Shown piece by piece: positions 25,598-33,429 of a DNA stretch of 64,000 nucleotides; positions within the stretch are counted from its first letter, which is position 1, and every line of letters starts with the position of its first letter. The stretch covers positions 237,627 to 301,626 of the forward strand of contig CBDEGU010000010.1 of the NCBI GenBank assembly GCA_965238045.1, written 5' to 3'. The notes beneath the pieces are model-generated. The model saw nothing but the letters and a program-made list of their open reading frames with translations. It ran no database searches and was not told where the DNA came from. Both the position numbers and the translations under genes were made by a program. This DNA comes from Bryobacterales bacterium (GTDB lineage Bacteria; Acidobacteriota; Terriglobia; Bryobacterales; UBA6623).

Positions 25598-26415
25598 CTC
25601 CTTTTGAAGCCGTCGCTGTTCTGTGCGGCGACCTCCGGTTCCTGGTTCCAGAGCCCTTTGCTGAAGTAGCGCTGAACGTGCGGCAACGATTCGGCGAATG
25701 CGCCGCGCGCCTTCATTCGCTCAATGTGGCTCACCCGGATTGCTAGGTACTGGCCGGCTAGCTCGATATCGTCGTCTGACACGACGACCTTTGACGCTTG
25801 CTTGAAGGCGGGTTTCTTGGCTCCCTTCCGCGATGGGTACGAAGCCCAGAAACGCTCAAACCAGCCAGGGTAAGAACCGTTCTTGGCTGGTCGAAATTCA
25901 ACGCTTTTCACAGTGTATTTCTTATTCAACTTCTTAGGCGTCTCTAAGCCGTTGATATGAAGCTGTTTAGGTATGTCTAGCGGTCCGGGTAATGGTCCGA
26001 ATTCCGGACCGGTAGATATAGGTAGCGGTCCGCTCTCCGGACCGGTAGAACGGGGCTCTAGCGGCGCGGAAGTCGGACCGGTAGAATGGGGCTCTACTGG
26101 TACGGATTTGGGAATAGTAAAACGGTCGAAGCGCAACACCCGATACGTGGTCAGGCCGTGCCGGTTGCTCGCCCGTTCGACTTCAATAAACGGCTTCGGT
26201 GATAGACCTTCCAGCTCTTTGATTGCGCTCAGCATAGACTCTCGACGCATCCCAAGTTCTTCAGACAGTGCCCGCGTGGTAGCCCTGCAAGTACCCCGAT
26301 CCGCGCCCTTCCATTCGACTCGCAAGAGCAGATAGACGTACACCTTGACCGCGTTCGCCGAGAGGCGCGGAAGGTGCTCCCGCAATCCCCTCCGCAGCAT
26401 CAGAAAGCCGGGCAC
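25588..26415 (-). CDS. winged-helix replication initiator-like protein with internal STGP repeats
   Basis: 275 aa. N-terminal wHTH (AVKVYVYLLLR...TTRALSEELGMRRESMLSAIKELE). Central STGPxxxPL x3. C-terminal FERFWASYPSRKGAKKPA motif seen in phage/plasmid replication proteins. Confidence 0.7.
   Translation of the reverse strand: MPGFLMLRRGLREHLPRLSANAVKVYVYLLLRVEWKGADRGTCRATTRALSEELGMRRESMLSAIKELEGLSPKPFIEVERASNRHGLTTYRVLRFDRFTIPKSVPVEPHSTGPTSAPLEPRSTGPESGPLPISTGPEFGPLPGPLDIPKQLHINGLETPKKLNKKYTVKSVEFRPAKNGSYPGWFERFWASYPSRKGAKKPAFKQASKVVVSDDDIELAGQYLAIRVSHIERMKARGAFAESLPHVQRYFSKGLWNQEPEVAAQNSDGFKRSWE
26005..26085. repeat. three direct CGGACCGGTAGA repeats (iteron-like) inside the initiator gene
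   Basis: 12-mers at 26005..26016, 26038..26049 and 26074..26085 (spacing 33 and 36 nt). Inverted CGGTCCG cores at 25981..25987 and 26026..26032. Confidence 0.5.
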
Positions 26416-26418
26416 GGT

Positions 26419-26730
26419 TCAAACCGCCTCCTCCCGGTGCATCTCAATAAGGGCGTCCAAGTCGCGAACGTCGATGAGCACCCGGCGGATAACCCGACCA
26501 TCCCGAGCACGCGGGCACGGCAATTTCACGGTCGGCAACGTACCAGCAAAGACAAGGTCGCGAGTTGTCCAGTACGACAGCCCTAGGTAGCGACCAGCCG
26601 CGTGCAGGTCGAGCAGGCGGGGTGGGAGGGCGGCTTTACCCGCGTCCGTTGCCCCGCTATTCATGCGGGCTTCCGCGTCCGCTGCGCGTGTATTGGTATG
26701 GTCTGGGGTCGTTTCTGGATTGGTGGGCAT
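26419..26730 (-). CDS. excisionase/AlpA-type HTH DNA-binding protein
   Basis: 103 aa. LLDLHAAGRYLGLSYWTTRDLVFAGTLPTVKL...IDVRDLDALIE typical of the HTH_17/excisionase family. Confidence 0.7.
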   Translation of the reverse strand: MPTNPETTPDHTNTRAADAEARMNSGATDAGKAALPPRLLDLHAAGRYLGLSYWTTRDLVFAGTLPTVKLPCPRARDGRVIRRVLIDVRDLDALIEMHREEAV

Positions 26731-26773
26731 TGACTTCCTCTAGTGTTCAGTGTTATCGTACATCAGAATCAAT

Positions 26774-27796
26774 ATGACGTTAAATATGAGACCGGACGCA
26801 ACGCACACCCAAGCAAAAGTCGCCGGAATCGCCATTGAGGGAGCGGACCTTGCGGTCCGCGCAGATCGTCATCTTTCATACCTGGTCCCGAGTGAGATCG
26901 CCGTCGTTTCTGCAAGCGAATTACGAAGTCCGGTGATTACTAAACCCGGCCCGAAATGGCTTGCATGGCCGTGGGTCAAAGATGACGGCCAGGTTCTTAC
27001 CTATAGGTGGGTTGATCTCGATCGCGTCTCCCCTCGTAAGGGGAAATGCCTTGAGGCATTCATCCGGCTAGCGGGCGTCCGGGCAGACGGGTTTCCACAG
27101 GCAGTTTTGGGTTTTGCGAAACGCTGGGGTCCGCTCGAAATCTGCAAACATCGCAAGCCTCAAAACCACAGCGATCCAGTCTACCCGCCCTGCGGGAGCA
27201 GCAGAATGGGTAGCGGCGGCATGGGCACTGAACCGGTTGAAGCATGGCGAAGGTACTCCCGGCAGTTACGGGCCATCCTGCGGGTTGCCGCGAACCTCTA
27301 TCAGGGGAGGCCCGGCGATAGGGCGGACTGGGCCAATGTCGAGCGAGGCGAACCAGAGGGAATCTCCGCAGAAGACCGCCATTACTGGGGTCCGGGAAAG
27401 ATTGCCGGGAAGCTTATTCACGAGCGGCAGACAATCGCACTGGCCCTGAGACAATGGTTCCGCTATGGCCAAGTCGGGTTGTCACCGCAGTGGCTCATGC
27501 GGCGAGATACGAAGGAACACTGGTTTGAGATTCAGACAGAGTATTGGGGGTTGACCGGGAGGCTGGCGGTCGATTTGGCGGCCGCGCTCTGCTCACCAAA
27601 TGGACTATATCGCTGCGCTGGCTGCGGTCGACCCTTCACCCCGGAGTCCAGAAAACGTTCACGCGACCGCGAGAAGTGGTGCGATTCACAGGAATGCAAG
27701 CTAGAGCAGGATCGCCGGAACTCCAGGAGGTACTACGTCCGGAAGTCCGAGGCAAAACCGAAGCAACGCAAGACAGCCAAGAAAGGAGAAGCCTGA
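26774..27796 (+). CDS. hypothetical protein with CGNR-like C-terminal zinc finger
   Basis: ATG at 26774 preferred over the 26750 alternative. C-terminus YRCAGCGRPF...REKWCDSQEC...RRNSRRYY. The stop TGA directly abuts the integrase ATG (TGAATG). Confidence 0.55.
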   Translation: MTLNMRPDATHTQAKVAGIAIEGADLAVRADRHLSYLVPSEIAVVSASELRSPVITKPGPKWLAWPWVKDDGQVLTYRWVDLDRVSPRKGKCLEAFIRLAGVRADGFPQAVLGFAKRWGPLEICKHRKPQNHSDPVYPPCGSSRMGSGGMGTEPVEAWRRYSRQLRAILRVAANLYQGRPGDRADWANVERGEPEGISAEDRHYWGPGKIAGKLIHERQTIALALRQWFRYGQVGLSPQWLMRRDTKEHWFEIQTEYWGLTGRLAVDLAAALCSPNGLYRCAGCGRPFTPESRKRSRDREKWCDSQECKLEQDRRNSRRYYVRKSEAKPKQRKTAKKGEA

Positions 27797-28984
27797 ATGG
27801 GATCAATCTATCGGCGAAAGTGGAAGGACAAAAACGGCAACGTCCGGGAGTCCGATGTTTACTGGATCAAGTACTACAGCGATGGCCGGCCGATGCGGGA
27901 AAGCTCGGAAGGCACGAAGGAATCCGACGCGAGGAAACTCCTCAAGCTCCGCGAAGGGGAAGTAGTTAAGGGCGTGCCCGTCATGCCGAAGCGGGTTCGC
28001 TTTAGCGAGCTGGCGGAAGACGTTGTGAATGACTACAGGGTGAACGGGAGGCGCTCGCTCCGAGACTTGGAAATGCGGCTTCGCCGTCACGTGCTGCCGT
28101 TCTTCGGACACCGCCGGGCCGCGTCCATCTCCAAGGCCGACGTGAACCGATTCATCTTGAAGCGCCTAGGGGAAGGCGCATCCAACGGCGAGATCAACCG
28201 CGAATTGGCCCATGTCAAGAGAGCATTTTCTCTCGCCATTGATGACGAGAAAGTACTGCATCAGCCCAAGGTGTCGATGCTGCAAGAAAACAACGTTCGG
28301 AAAGGATTCTTCGAGCGGGAGCAATTCGACGCGGTACGGCGCTGCCTGCCCGAACATCTTCGGCGCGTCCTCACCTTCGCCTACGTCACGGCGTGGCGCG
28401 TGCCTAGCGAGGTGCTCACGCTCAAGTGGAGCCAAGTAGACTTCCGGGGCGCGACTGTTTCCCTGGAGCCCGGCACGACCAAGAATGACGAGGGCCGCGT
28501 GTTTCCGTTCACTGACGAACTACGGGACGCCCTCACAGAGCAGCGCCGGTTCACCGATGAAACACAGCGACGACTCCGCGCCGTCATTCCGTGGGTGTTC
28601 CATCGAGCCGACGGGAAGCGCATTGTGGGCTTCCGTAAGGCATGGGCGCGCGCCTGCTACAACGCCGGTCTGCCCTGCCACGTCGAGACCGAGACAGGGA
28701 AGGACGGCAAGGTCCGAATCAAGAAAATTCAAGCCGTCCACATACCGCATGATCTCCGGAGAAGCGGCGTGCGTAACTTGGTTAGGGCCGGTGTTTCCGA
28801 GACGGTCGCTATGACTTTGTCCGGCCACAAGACCCGCTCCGTTTTCGACCGATACAACATCGTCAGTGAGGCCGACCTGAAAGACGCGGCCCGGCGTCTC
28901 GACGCGTTCCAAACCGGCCCGGCCGCAAATACGGGCACGAATGCGGGCACAATGACGGCTTCCGCTGCGAGAGTGAAAAGCTAA
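27797..28984 (+). CDS. int: tyrosine recombinase / phage-type integrase
   Basis: 395 aa. N-terminal SAM-like arm region. C-terminal HDLRRSGVRNLVRAGV...LSGHKTRSVFDRYNI (H-x-x-R ... H ... Y). Confidence 0.9.
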   Translation: MGSIYRRKWKDKNGNVRESDVYWIKYYSDGRPMRESSEGTKESDARKLLKLREGEVVKGVPVMPKRVRFSELAEDVVNDYRVNGRRSLRDLEMRLRRHVLPFFGHRRAASISKADVNRFILKRLGEGASNGEINRELAHVKRAFSLAIDDEKVLHQPKVSMLQENNVRKGFFEREQFDAVRRCLPEHLRRVLTFAYVTAWRVPSEVLTLKWSQVDFRGATVSLEPGTTKNDEGRVFPFTDELRDALTEQRRFTDETQRRLRAVIPWVFHRADGKRIVGFRKAWARACYNAGLPCHVETETGKDGKVRIKKIQAVHIPHDLRRSGVRNLVRAGVSETVAMTLSGHKTRSVFDRYNIVSEADLKDAARRLDAFQTGPAANTGTNAGTMTASAARVKS

Positions 28985-28997
28985 GTTGTTGAAAGAA

Positions 28998-29073
28998 TGG
29001 AGCCACGGGTCGGAGTCGAACCGACGACCTGCGGTTTACGAAACCGCTGCTCTGCCAACTGAGCTACCGTGGC
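28998..29073 (-). tRNA. tRNA-Thr (anticodon CGU), CCA encoded
   Basis: The reverse complement folds by hand into a cloverleaf: GCCACGG/CCGTGGC acceptor, GCTC/GAGC D stem, GCGGT-TTCGTAA-ACCGC anticodon arm (CGT), GTCGG-TTCGACT-CCGAC T arm, then T-CCA. Confidence 0.95.
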
Positions 29074-29171
29074 CTTCGAGGGCTTACTGTACCAGTATTT
29101 TACCAGGGCGAGCCGCGCCACGCCCGCGGCAATTCTCTCACTCTTGGAGTGAAAACCCGCCCGACCCGAAC

Positions 29172-29358
29172 CCGCATTTCTCACCACGTGGCGACCGAAG
29201 CGCATGAGAGGCCCGCCATTCCTTCGTTGCGCTTGCTCGCCGTGCTCAACGTACTGTCAAGTACGCCTGCGCTCGTCAAGCGGCACGCGCCTCCCGCTGA
29301 CGTGCCTCTCACGCACTTCGCCCCTCCACTTCACCGGGCCACGTGGTGAGAAAAGCGG
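29172..29358. repeat. MITE-like structured repeat, copy 1 (187 bp)
   Basis: Terminal inverted repeats ccgcatttctcaccacgtggc (29172..29192) and 29338..29358 match 20/21. A 62-bp core is identical to copy 2. Contains nested palindromes (cgtactgtcaagtacg). Confidence 0.7.
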
Positions 29359-29436
29359 GCTAAGCCCGCTTCTCCGCCCCTTCTCCCGCACCCGCCGGCA
29401 AGCTCCCATGGCGTGCGCGCTTGCCATAATGGGTCC

Positions 29437-30297
29437 ATGCTCGTCATCGACACGCACGCGCATCTGTACTCGCCCGATGAAACGCGTTACCCGCCCCGGC
29501 CCAATCCCGCCCGCCCGCCGCAAGGCACCGGAACCATCGAGCACCTGCGGCGCGAGATGAAGAGCAACGGCGTCGACGGCATCTGCGCCGTCCAGGTCGG
29601 AGGGTTCTACCGCTTCGACAACCGTTTTATCTGCGATGTGTCCAAGGCGCATCCCGATTGGATCGCGGGGATTTGCACGTTTGATCCCAACGATCCGCAC
29701 AGCCCCGGACTTCTCGCCCAGTTTGCCCGCGACTACGGCATCCGCGGGATGCGAAGCGTCGTCGCCGCCGGCCGCCAGCTTGATCATCCGGGCGTGCGCG
29801 CGCTGTGGAAAACCGCGCTTGCAAACGATATCGTGATCAACTTGCTGATCGGCCACGAGTTGGCCGGCCAGGCCAGCCGTCTGCTGGCGGACTTCCCCGA
29901 ACTGCCCGTCGCCCTCGACCACACTCTGGGACTCCGGACCGGCGGGCCGGTCAAGGAAACATTAGCGGCGCTGCGAACCCTCGCGCGGCACAAGAACTGT
30001 CACACGAAAATCTCTTTCATCGCCAACGGCCCGCAAGGCTGTGCCGGCGGCTATCCGTGCCAGAGCTTCCACTCCGTTGTGATGGACGTCATTGATCTTT
30101 TCGGCCCCGAGCGCTGTGCCTGGGGCGCCCATTTCCCGCTAGAAAAATTCTCGCCCGCGCTTACCTACGCCCAGCACCTGCGCATCTTCAGCGAAGTGCT
30201 CCCGCTCTCGAGCGAAGCCAGGGCGGCCATACTGGGCGGCACCGCCCGTCGTCTCTATTTCCGGGGAACCAATCTCCAAGACCGCAACGCGCCCTAA
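29437..30297 (+). CDS. amidohydrolase-2 family (TIM-barrel metal-dependent hydrolase)
   Basis: Start at MLVIDTHAHLY (ATG 29437). LDH motif near FPELPVALDH. Confidence 0.8.
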   Translation: MLVIDTHAHLYSPDETRYPPRPNPARPPQGTGTIEHLRREMKSNGVDGICAVQVGGFYRFDNRFICDVSKAHPDWIAGICTFDPNDPHSPGLLAQFARDYGIRGMRSVVAAGRQLDHPGVRALWKTALANDIVINLLIGHELAGQASRLLADFPELPVALDHTLGLRTGGPVKETLAALRTLARHKNCHTKISFIANGPQGCAGGYPCQSFHSVVMDVIDLFGPERCAWGAHFPLEKFSPALTYAQHLRIFSEVLPLSSEARAAILGGTARRLYFRGTNLQDRNAP

Positions 30298-30344
30298 TCG
30301 CGTGCGCTAGCGGGTGCGCGTCGCCGCCCCATGCCCGACCTAGC

Positions 30345-30517
30345 CCGCATTTCTCACCACCTGACGACCGAAGCACGCAATAGGCCCGCCAGTACTTCGT
30401 TGCGCTTGCTCGCCGTGCTCAACGTACTGTCAAGTACGCCTGCGCTCGTCAAGCGGCGCGCGCCTCGTACTGACGGGCCTCTCACGCACTTCGCTTCGTC
30501 ACGTGGTGAGAAAAGCG
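30345..30517. repeat. MITE-like structured repeat, copy 2 (173 bp)
   Basis: Same orientation as copy 1. Ends ccgcatttctcaccac (30345..30360) and cacgtggtgagaaaagcg (30500..30517). Has the identical 62-bp core. Confidence 0.7.
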
Positions 30518-30519
30518 AC

Positions 30520-31758
30520 CTAGGCCAAGGCTCGCAGCAACCGCCCGATATCCTCCTGGTTGCTGAACACTGATGGCGAAATCCTCATTTTGTTGCCAAA
30601 GCGCATCGCCACATGCACGCCGGCGGCTCGCAACTTTTTCATTGTCTCCGCGGGGTTGCTCGCGCGAAAAACGACGATGGGGCTTTCGTTGCCTTTCGGC
30701 GTAATCGAGGGATATCCCATGGCGGGCAACTCCTCGTGCAGCCGCTGAGTCAGTGTCCGTACGTGAGCGCGTATATTCGGCACACCGAGTTGGTGGATAT
30801 ATTTCAGGCTCTCCAGCGCGCAGATCGCGCCCTCGTACGACGGATAGCTCACCTCATAACATCGGGGCCCTGGTCTGGGCTGGAACGTGATATCGTCCTC
30901 CGCCGGACTGGAACCCTCGACCCACGGGGCGTAGTGGAATCGAACCCCGCCAGAGTGTTGCGTGGGCTTGACGACCGTGTTTTGCAGGTCCTTTCTCACG
31001 TAGAAAAACCCGAACCCCTTCACGCCCATCAGCCACTTGTAAGTAGAACAGGCGGCGAAGTCAATCCCCATCGCCCGGACATCGATCGGCACCGCTCCGG
31101 CCGCCTGAATGATATCGGCGTAGAGGTACGCTCCATGGGCGTGGGCGAGATCGCTGAGCGCCTTCACCTCGGAAAGATATCCGTTGACGTTAGAAACCAA
31201 GGTGATGGAGATCAGCCTCGTATTGCCGTCCACGGCCCGTTCCATGTCGCCTAAATCGATCCGCCAGTCACGATTCTTGACCACGCGCAGGTCGAGACCT
31301 TCCCGCTGCCGCATCTTGTAGTTATAAAGAGCCGCCGTGTAGTGCAGATCGTTCGTGACAACATTGCCCCCGGCCAGCGTCTCACGCATGCCGTTGAGCA
31401 GATTGCTCTCCGACTCGATCGTGCTCCGCGCGAAAGCGATTTCCGATGGCTTGGCGTTGATCAGCCCCGCGAACAGGTTCTTGGCTTCGTCGCGAGGCTC
31501 CACCCACGAGGGCCACCACGGCTCGCCGACTTCATGAGTCGCCCAATCGATGTAGCGATGCAGCGCGGCGGAAGAATGCACATTCAGCGGATGCGAGGAA
31601 GCACAGTCGAGATAGGCGGCCGTTCTCGCTCTGGGAAAATCGCCGCGCACGGCGCTGAAGTCAGGCGCCCCCGCCGCCGAACTCGATGACGGGTCCGCCG
31701 CCGCCTTCGCCCCGGATGCCGCCACTGCCGTCGCTGTTAAGAATTGACGCCGGTTCAT
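30520..31758 (-). CDS. class V aminotransferase-like PLP enzyme with Tat signal
   Basis: Start at ATG 31758 (MNRRQFLTATAVAASGAKAA) preceded by GGAGGAG. CSTYKWLMG (PLP Lys region). The upstream 58 codons of the track ORF are unlikely. Confidence 0.85.
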   Translation of the reverse strand: MNRRQFLTATAVAASGAKAAADPSSSSAAGAPDFSAVRGDFPRARTAAYLDCASSHPLNVHSSAALHRYIDWATHEVGEPWWPSWVEPRDEAKNLFAGLINAKPSEIAFARSTIESESNLLNGMRETLAGGNVVTNDLHYTAALYNYKMRQREGLDLRVVKNRDWRIDLGDMERAVDGNTRLISITLVSNVNGYLSEVKALSDLAHAHGAYLYADIIQAAGAVPIDVRAMGIDFAACSTYKWLMGVKGFGFFYVRKDLQNTVVKPTQHSGGVRFHYAPWVEGSSPAEDDITFQPRPGPRCYEVSYPSYEGAICALESLKYIHQLGVPNIRAHVRTLTQRLHEELPAMGYPSITPKGNESPIVVFRASNPAETMKKLRAAGVHVAMRFGNKMRISPSVFSNQEDIGRLLRALA

Positions 31759-32046
31759 AAGTCTCCTCCCGCGGCTCCCGTTAGAAGGGCTGGGCGGCTG
31801 GTGCGCCACCTCCCGGCATCGTAAGCCAGATCCGCCAAGGGCTCGCTCGCCCCGCCGGGATATCAGCGATCCTCGGGCGCCTGGGCCAATTGTACCGCTG
31901 AACCTATCATCGCCGCCGGGAAGAAATGCCACGTCCGCGGCCAGCTCTGGGGTAGAATCGAAACATTCCGCGCCGCCGCCTGCTCACCCGGTGGCCGCAG
32001 CTCGTGTGGCGAGCGAGGCCAAGAGCGCCATACGCGGGAGAAGTTC

Positions 32047-33339
32047 ATGCTCTATAGCCGCCGTCACTTTATGGGAGCCGCCGCGGGAACATTCGCCGGC
32101 GCGTCCTCGCCGCGAGGATGCAACCTGTCCCAACCGGCGGCCAGCGAAAGCTCCCGAACCGCGCCGTCCCCTGTCACTTCGCCGGCACACCGTTCGGGCC
32201 TCAAGATTACAGGCGTCAAGACCACCTTCCTTGAAGCCGACTGGGGGCCCTGGCAGCGCCGCTGGCTGCTGGTTCGCGTCGATACCGATCAGGGCATTTC
32301 TGGTTACGGAGAGGCCGCCCTCGCCACCGAGCAAGTCAAGTCCCACGTGCATGGCTACCAGGATCTTCTCATCGGGGAAGACCCAACGAATGTCGAGGCC
32401 CTGTTTCGCAAGATGGTCACGCGGGCCTACGCCGGTTTTACCGCGTCTCACTTTGACGGCGGCCTCGCCATCCATGCGGTCAGCGGCATCGAGACCGCCC
32501 TGTGGGATCTCGCCGGCAAGGCCGCGGGCCTGCCCGTCTACAAGCTTCTCGGCGGCCGCCATCGCGACCGCGTCCGGCTTTATGCCTGCGTGGGCTTCCT
32601 CGACACCTATCTGGAGATGGAGGACGTCTACAAGAAATTGGGCATCACCTGTCTCAAGTTCGACATCACCCCAGTCGCCATCGCCGATCTTCCTGGCGGC
32701 ACGATGGACCAGCACCTGACGCGAAAAGGGCTCCGCGAGATTGTCGCACTGCTGGAGAAGATCCGCGCCCGCGTGGGCGACGACATCGAAGTCGCCGTCG
32801 AAGCCCGCTGCGGAACCGTCGCCAACGCTCTGCGCTTCGTCAAGGCCGTCGAGCCGTTCGATCTAACCTGGGTCGAAGATCCCATCCCGCCGACCGATAT
32901 CGAAGGCTGGGTGAGCCTCACCGCCGCAACGCCGGTGCCCATCCTGACCGGCGAGGGTTTGCATCTCCGGCACGAGTTTCTCGACTACTTTCGCCGAGGG
33001 GCGATGAATATCGCGGCGCCGGACTTCCAGGTCTGCGGAGGTTTGGCCGAAGGCAAGAAAATCTGCGAGATGGCGGATCTGCATCACATGCTGGCATCTC
33101 CTCACAACGCCGCCAGCGCCGTCGGCATTGCCGCCGCCGTGCACGCCTGCGCGGCGATCCCGAATCTGCTGGCGCTCGAGTTCCACGCCATGCCTCAATG
33201 GGACCGCATCCTGAGCGGATTCCGCCCGCGCATCGCCGATGGCTTCATTGAAGTGCCCGAAGGCCCAGGACTAGGCATCGAACTCGACGAGGATGAGACA
33301 CGGAAATACATGCCGGAAGGCGAGACGTTCTTTGAATAG
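32047..33339 (+). CDS. enolase-superfamily enzyme (mandelate racemase/muconate lactonizing, galactonate-dehydratase-like) with Tat-like N-terminus
   Basis: 430 aa. SRRHFMGAAAGTFAGA. KITGVKTTFLE...VRVDTDQGISGYGEA. WVEDP. Confidence 0.85.
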   Translation: MLYSRRHFMGAAAGTFAGASSPRGCNLSQPAASESSRTAPSPVTSPAHRSGLKITGVKTTFLEADWGPWQRRWLLVRVDTDQGISGYGEAALATEQVKSHVHGYQDLLIGEDPTNVEALFRKMVTRAYAGFTASHFDGGLAIHAVSGIETALWDLAGKAAGLPVYKLLGGRHRDRVRLYACVGFLDTYLEMEDVYKKLGITCLKFDITPVAIADLPGGTMDQHLTRKGLREIVALLEKIRARVGDDIEVAVEARCGTVANALRFVKAVEPFDLTWVEDPIPPTDIEGWVSLTAATPVPILTGEGLHLRHEFLDYFRRGAMNIAAPDFQVCGGLAEGKKICEMADLHHMLASPHNAASAVGIAAAVHACAAIPNLLALEFHAMPQWDRILSGFRPRIADGFIEVPEGPGLGIELDEDETRKYMPEGETFFE

Positions 33340-33429
33340 TTCCGTGCAAGCGCCGCCTTCGGTCCCGAAGCCAGCACGAGGGCCAGCCCCGAAGTCAGCA
33401 GCGCGGCCAAACATCCGAAGGAGCATCCA

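Larger units (their letters stand above)
13758..28997. mobile_element. tRNA-Thr-associated integrative element (satellite-like or degraded prophage); left boundary uncertain
   Basis: The integrase ends 13 bp from the tRNA 3' end. Excisionase, replication module, terS-like gene, TA-like modules and 3 IS elements are present. The flanks on both sides belong to the same exported-enzyme theme. No att direct repeat was found by eye. Confidence 0.55.

Noticed and set aside
25975-26100. Possible CRISPR-like or tandem array (repeated cggaccggtaga)
   Set aside because: There are only three short 12-mers with 21-24 bp between them, all inside a coding region where they also encode a peptide repeat, and no cas genes. 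It is reported as iteron-like instead.
30336-30523. 8-bp direct repeat cgacctag at both ends of MITE-like copy 2, considered as a target-site duplication
   Set aside because: The left flanks of both copies are themselves similar (gcccgacc..) and the right-hand occurrence overlaps the terminal repeat. It may be part of the element rather than a TSD, and copy 1 shows no equivalent duplication.
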